Below are positions 48,947 through 52,874 of a DNA stretch of 52,874 bases, one piece after another. Position numbers and translations under genes: made by a program. The stretch is from a virus. Lineage: Duplodnaviria; Caudoviricetes. Below the pieces are notes generated by a model. The model did no database searches, was not told where the DNA came from, and worked only from the letters and a program-made list of their open reading frames with translations. Where the stretch lies: positions 1 to 52,874 of the IMG/VR virus record IMGVR_UViG_3300023284_000636. One strand, 5' to 3'. How positions within the stretch are numbered: the stretch's first letter is position 1; every line of letters begins with the position of its first letter.

Positions 48947-50527
48947 ATGGCATTCGGATTTGGTAGAATAGAGTACGACGGCAATGTGATCGACCTGCAA
49001 AGGCCATGGACATCGTTCCAGCCGAGAAAGCCCGTCAGTTCTGACACCAGACAGGCCCAATCCGGAATAGAACAGACGGCGAAGTTCTTTAGCCAGCACT
49101 TCATAGATACAAGATTGAATCTCTTATCGCCCCAGGAAAAATCTGAGTTGCTGCGTCTATTTGAATTTGCCGAAGGCGGAGATTCTTTCACATTGATTCG
49201 GGACCGGAACCTCGGTGCCTATATAAATTTTGAGGGCGGCATAAACCCGACAGCGGCGCCCAGGGGGTTAAAGACTAATGATGATGTTGATGGGACATTC
49301 ACCAGGGCACTGACGACCGATTCGGCCTGGTATTTGGATGAAGGCACAGGATTGCTGACGGTTCGCGATGTGGTAGATCAGCCCAGGTTTCCGGCAGGCA
49401 AATTCGGCGCAGGGATTCAGATGGATGGGGCAGCGGTAAACTTGATTACTAATCGGATAAGTAATGCTGCGTGGATTAAAACAACAATGACGGCAGCCAC
49501 AACAACTGAAACTCTTGACCCAGCAGGTAATAATTCTAATGTTGATAAACTAACAGCAACTGCCGCGAGTGCAACGGCCAAGTTTACCACGGGAACACCA
49601 AAAGGCAACGAAGCTGCTGGGAAATTTTGGATTAAATCTTCAAGTGGAAATGTCTCTTTAAATTTAACAATTGAAACTACAACGGTGATTACAAATGCTG
49701 TAACGGCAACTCCAGTATGGACTGAACTTAAAGTACAGGGGGATACTTCTGCCCTGGCTGCTGGAAATTTAAAACTCGGTATTGAAATTGTAACAAACGG
49801 AGAAATTGTTTATGTCTGGCACACACCACAACTTTTCGATAGTGCTGAATTTGACCTCGGAACAGTTGGACCTTTATCTACGAGCAGCATCACAAGAAAT
49901 TTAGAAAAACTTAATTTTGCCTCTTCTAATATTATGAATAGGGACAAAGGAACTATTTTAATGTGGGTTAAGCCAAGATGGGCATCAAACAAGAAACCTG
50001 CGACTGTATTTTTTGATTCCGGTGATTCTGCTGGTGCAACTGCAAATCGACACGTTGTTTTTTATCACTTGCAAGCAGACGGTTTACACTTAGAGACAAA
50101 CAAGAATAATGGCGCAACTGCGGCTTTTGCTTTTTCTGCTGCTGCATCGCTTACACAGGATTCCTACAATTTTATTGGTGGAACATGGGATGCTACGATT
50201 TCAAACGGACACAAACTTTATCTAGGTGGCTCCCTAATAGGAACGAGTATCAATAGTCCTTACAATATTAGTGAAACGGGGGACACGTTTGCTATAGGTT
50301 CAGAGATAGATGGAGATAATCCTGATTTCTGCGCAATAGATGAAGTTTTAATCACAAGAAATGTTCTAACTGCTGCCGATTTTGCTGGAATTTTTAATCT
50401 CGGTATCGGTCTTGGGGTGCCGAGAAACAGGTGGACGGTCAAACTCGCGGATCAGACTTGGAATCCTAGATGGCTGAATTCAGATGTTTATGATATACCC
50501 CTACTTCTTAAGGAGGTTTTGACATGA
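48947..50527 (+). CDS. Tail protein with LamG/concanavalin-like domain
   Basis: GTILMWVKP..FIGGTWD..KLYLGG..AIGS..IDEV.I..VLTA. Confidence 0.75.
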   Translation: MAFGFGRIEYDGNVIDLQRPWTSFQPRKPVSSDTRQAQSGIEQTAKFFSQHFIDTRLNLLSPQEKSELLRLFEFAEGGDSFTLIRDRNLGAYINFEGGINPTAAPRGLKTNDDVDGTFTRALTTDSAWYLDEGTGLLTVRDVVDQPRFPAGKFGAGIQMDGAAVNLITNRISNAAWIKTTMTAATTTETLDPAGNNSNVDKLTATAASATAKFTTGTPKGNEAAGKFWIKSSSGNVSLNLTIETTTVITNAVTATPVWTELKVQGDTSALAAGNLKLGIEIVTNGEIVYVWHTPQLFDSAEFDLGTVGPLSTSSITRNLEKLNFASSNIMNRDKGTILMWVKPRWASNKKPATVFFDSGDSAGATANRHVVFYHLQADGLHLETNKNNGATAAFAFSAAASLTQDSYNFIGGTWDATISNGHKLYLGGSLIGTSINSPYNISETGDTFAIGSEIDGDNPDFCAIDEVLITRNVLTAADFAGIFNLGIGLGVPRNRWTVKLADQTWNPRWLNSDVYDIPLLLKEVLT

Positions 50528-52874
50528 AAAAAATGACAGGGGCGTTCCTAGCCCTCCTTCTGCTCTTCTGTACTTCTGAGGCGTTCTCTCAAAGACAGAT
50601 AAAAGGGGCTAATGGTCGATTGGATATTATAGATTCAACTACGGCCGACACGGTAAAAATCGACGTTACGGGTCCCATATTTGAAATAAATACAAATTTA
50701 GAGCTTCTTGATGATAAAGATTTGGTTTGGGGAACCAATAATGATTGGCTTGCACAATACAATGAGAGTGTAGATAATCAGCTTTTATTTATTACAGCAA
50801 ACACTTCGGCGGTAGCTACAACCGATCCGATGTTTGAAATTCTTGTGGGAACCACCCCGCCCGCAGACCAGCAAATTTTTGGAATAGGTAAGGGCATACA
50901 GGCAAGCAACACGGCATTATTTACAGTTGATGAAGATGGGGACGGTGTGCTTCTAGGAACCATTACCGCAAGTAATTTGAGTGGAACCAATACAGGCGAC
51001 GTAACTCTTTCTGGAACCCCGGATTATATTACAATATCAGGTCAGATAATTACTCGAAATAGGCTTGATATTGCAGATGACTTAAACACTTTTACATCCG
51101 CACAATTATCTGGAAGGCTAACGAATGAAACCGGAAGCGTATCGGGAAGCCCGCTTGCGGTGTTTAATGTCAACCCTGTTTTGACGGGTGCGACTTTAGC
51201 GGGTATCTTGGCTGATAACGACGATATGGTTTTTGAGATAGATGTCAATAATGACGGTTCAAATAAATACAGTTTCACGGATGGGTTAAGTGCAGAGATA
51301 TTCAGCATTACCGAAGCTGGGGTGGTTGCTGCAAGCTCGACTATTACGGCTGTCGGTTCTTTCATTATCGGCTCAGCCGACATGAATGAGACAGATTTGG
51401 AGAAGCTCGATGGAATTACAAATGGTGCAGGTGCTGCCAATAAAGCTCTCGTTCTTGATGGAAGCACGAACATAGCATCGGGTGTTGGTAGCTTCACAGC
51501 AACCACTTTTGTCGGAGCTTTAACAGGCGAAGCAAGTGGAAACTTAGTCAACAATGCTGCCGACGAAATGTTGTTAGCGGACGCAACTACTAACGTCGTA
51601 ACAGATATTCTCGACTTGAGCCATACGGGTGGAACTGTAGCAGCCGGATTTGGAACTGGTCTCCGTTTCGACATAGAAGATGCAGGAGGGATTGAGGAAC
51701 AGGCCAGCATCGACGTTTCGCTTGACGTGGTGACAGATTTGGCCGAGGAAGCGAGTATTATTTTCCGCCACAACGTAGCTGGAACTATGCAGGAGAGCAT
51801 GAGAATTGACGGAACTGCCGGTTTTGTTGCTATTGGTGGAACAACCACCCCAAGCGTACCCTTGCACGTAGTTGGAACAGTCAATGAGGGTGATGTAATG
51901 AGGGTTGAGGATGAAGATGGAAATTTCTTTTTGGTGGGAAATAATGGAGAGGTTACCTTTCAAGGCAATGCGTCCAATATCTTCGAGCTTGTTGGCACAG
52001 CCGGAAGCAGCAACGTAAGATTTAGAATTAATAATAATACCGGAACCGACGACACTCAAGTCACTTTTGCAAACAATAACTCATCAAGATGGACACTGGG
52101 AAACGATGCTGGCACCAATAATTTTATCATACGTGAAGGTAGCGGTGTGTTTGGTACAAATGACCGTGTAGCCATAATACAGGGCGGCAATTTTGGCATA
52201 GGCACCATCACCCCAGACCAAATTCTTCAAGTAGAGAACTTAACAGGTGATTCAAAAATAGCCATAACATCAGATAACGCGAGCATATCTGAAATCGAGT
52301 TAGGGAATGAGGACGACCCTAATATATTCTCGATAAAGGCTCATCAAGGTGGAGACTCGCTTGAGGTAATAGTCAATAATGCGACAGCCATGATGTTTGA
52401 TAGTGGTGGTAATGTATTTATACCAGCTGGCACCTTAGACATTACTCAAGGCACAAACAGTTCCTTTTTCAGACGAGACAGTGATCAATTTCTGCAAATC
52501 GAAGTGAACGCATCAGCAACCTTTCTGCGGTCATTTTCTAACGATGCCGCACCGAAGGATATGCAGTTCCAATCCGATGAGGGATTTTTTATGGTTGGGA
52601 ATACGGGTGTAACAGTAGATTTGGATAATGATAACGATGGTACTACAGACGTTTTTGTAGTTCGTGATGGAATAAATAATGTTTTATTTCAAGTAAATGA
52701 GAACGATGGCAATGTAACCATAGGCAACGATATTCTATTGGCTGATGGCTCGGTAATAGGGATAACGGGGAACGAGGTTATTACGTTTGCAGCCGCGGGA
52801 ACAATAAATATTACGGGTGCATCGCATGATGTAGATGGAGCGTTTACGGCTTCAACCATTACAAGTGACGGAGA
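50524..52874 (+). CDS. Tail fibre-like protein, 3'-truncated by window, with signal-peptide-like N-terminus
   Basis: AAGGAGG RBS; MKKMTGAFLALLLLFCTSEAFSQ; frame appears open to window end; GFVAIGGTTTP..LHV and GNFGIGTITP..LQV repeats. Confidence 0.75.
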   Translation, partial: MKKMTGAFLALLLLFCTSEAFSQRQIKGANGRLDIIDSTTADTVKIDVTGPIFEINTNLELLDDKDLVWGTNNDWLAQYNESVDNQLLFITANTSAVATTDPMFEILVGTTPPADQQIFGIGKGIQASNTALFTVDEDGDGVLLGTITASNLSGTNTGDVTLSGTPDYITISGQIITRNRLDIADDLNTFTSAQLSGRLTNETGSVSGSPLAVFNVNPVLTGATLAGILADNDDMVFEIDVNNDGSNKYSFTDGLSAEIFSITEAGVVAASSTITAVGSFIIGSADMNETDLEKLDGITNGAGAANKALVLDGSTNIASGVGSFTATTFVGALTGEASGNLVNNAADEMLLADATTNVVTDILDLSHTGGTVAAGFGTGLRFDIEDAGGIEEQASIDVSLDVVTDLAEEASIIFRHNVAGTMQESMRIDGTAGFVAIGGTTTPSVPLHVVGTVNEGDVMRVEDEDGNFFLVGNNGEVTFQGNASNIFELVGTAGSSNVRFRINNNTGTDDTQVTFANNNSSRWTLGNDAGTNNFIIREGSGVFGTNDRVAIIQGGNFGIGTITPDQILQVENLTGDSKIAITSDNASISEIELGNEDDPNIFSIKAHQGGDSLEVIVNNATAMMFDSGGNVFIPAGTLDITQGTNSSFFRRDSDQFLQIEVNASATFLRSFSNDAAPKDMQFQSDEGFFMVGNTGVTVDLDNDNDGTTDVFVVRDGINNVLFQVNENDGNVTIGNDILLADGSVIGITGNEVITFAAAGTINITGASHDVDGAFTASTITSDG

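Noticed and set aside
35233-52059. Long minus-strand ORFs (35233-35991, 41747-42283, 51042-51884, 51574-52059)
   Set aside because: Antisense shadows of well-supported plus-strand structural genes; no motifs

Overview
A 52.9-kb stretch of a tailed dsDNA bacteriophage (siphovirus-like, HK97-type head), probably most of one genome. No integrase or recognisable lysin is visible, and the last gene (a tail fibre) runs off the right end. 1-4.9 kb (+): small hypothetical, YopX and HNH genes. 5.0-11.5 kb (-): YopX, HNH, a replication-associated ORF, an adenine methyltransferase next to a frameshifted nuclease, two copies of a structured RNA motif and three atypical tRNA-like genes. 11.6-20 kb (+): recombination and DNA-metabolism genes (HNH-AP2, ERF, YqaJ, NinB/NinG-like, RuvC-like, 3'-5' exonuclease). 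20-35 kb (+): terminase subunits and portal interleaved with accessory genes (intein-containing MTase, second MTase, AdoMet decarboxylase plus DUF3326, patatin, secreted peptides). 35-52.9 kb (+): head and tail morphogenesis genes. The strongest oddities are: a PolX-like domain fused in frame to the ClpP prohead protease/scaffold; an MTase broken inside SPPYW|GLRDYG by a stop-containing 8-nt insert that looks like a ribosomal-bypass site; a ~20-nt RBS/stop/start junction repeat bounding small-ORF cassettes at nine sites; two inverted YopX genes sharing a perfect 54-bp block; tRNAs with insertions; a duplicated pseudoknotted RNA motif; and fibre-like proteins with Sec-type signal peptides. All family calls are from motif recognition by eye, not database searches.
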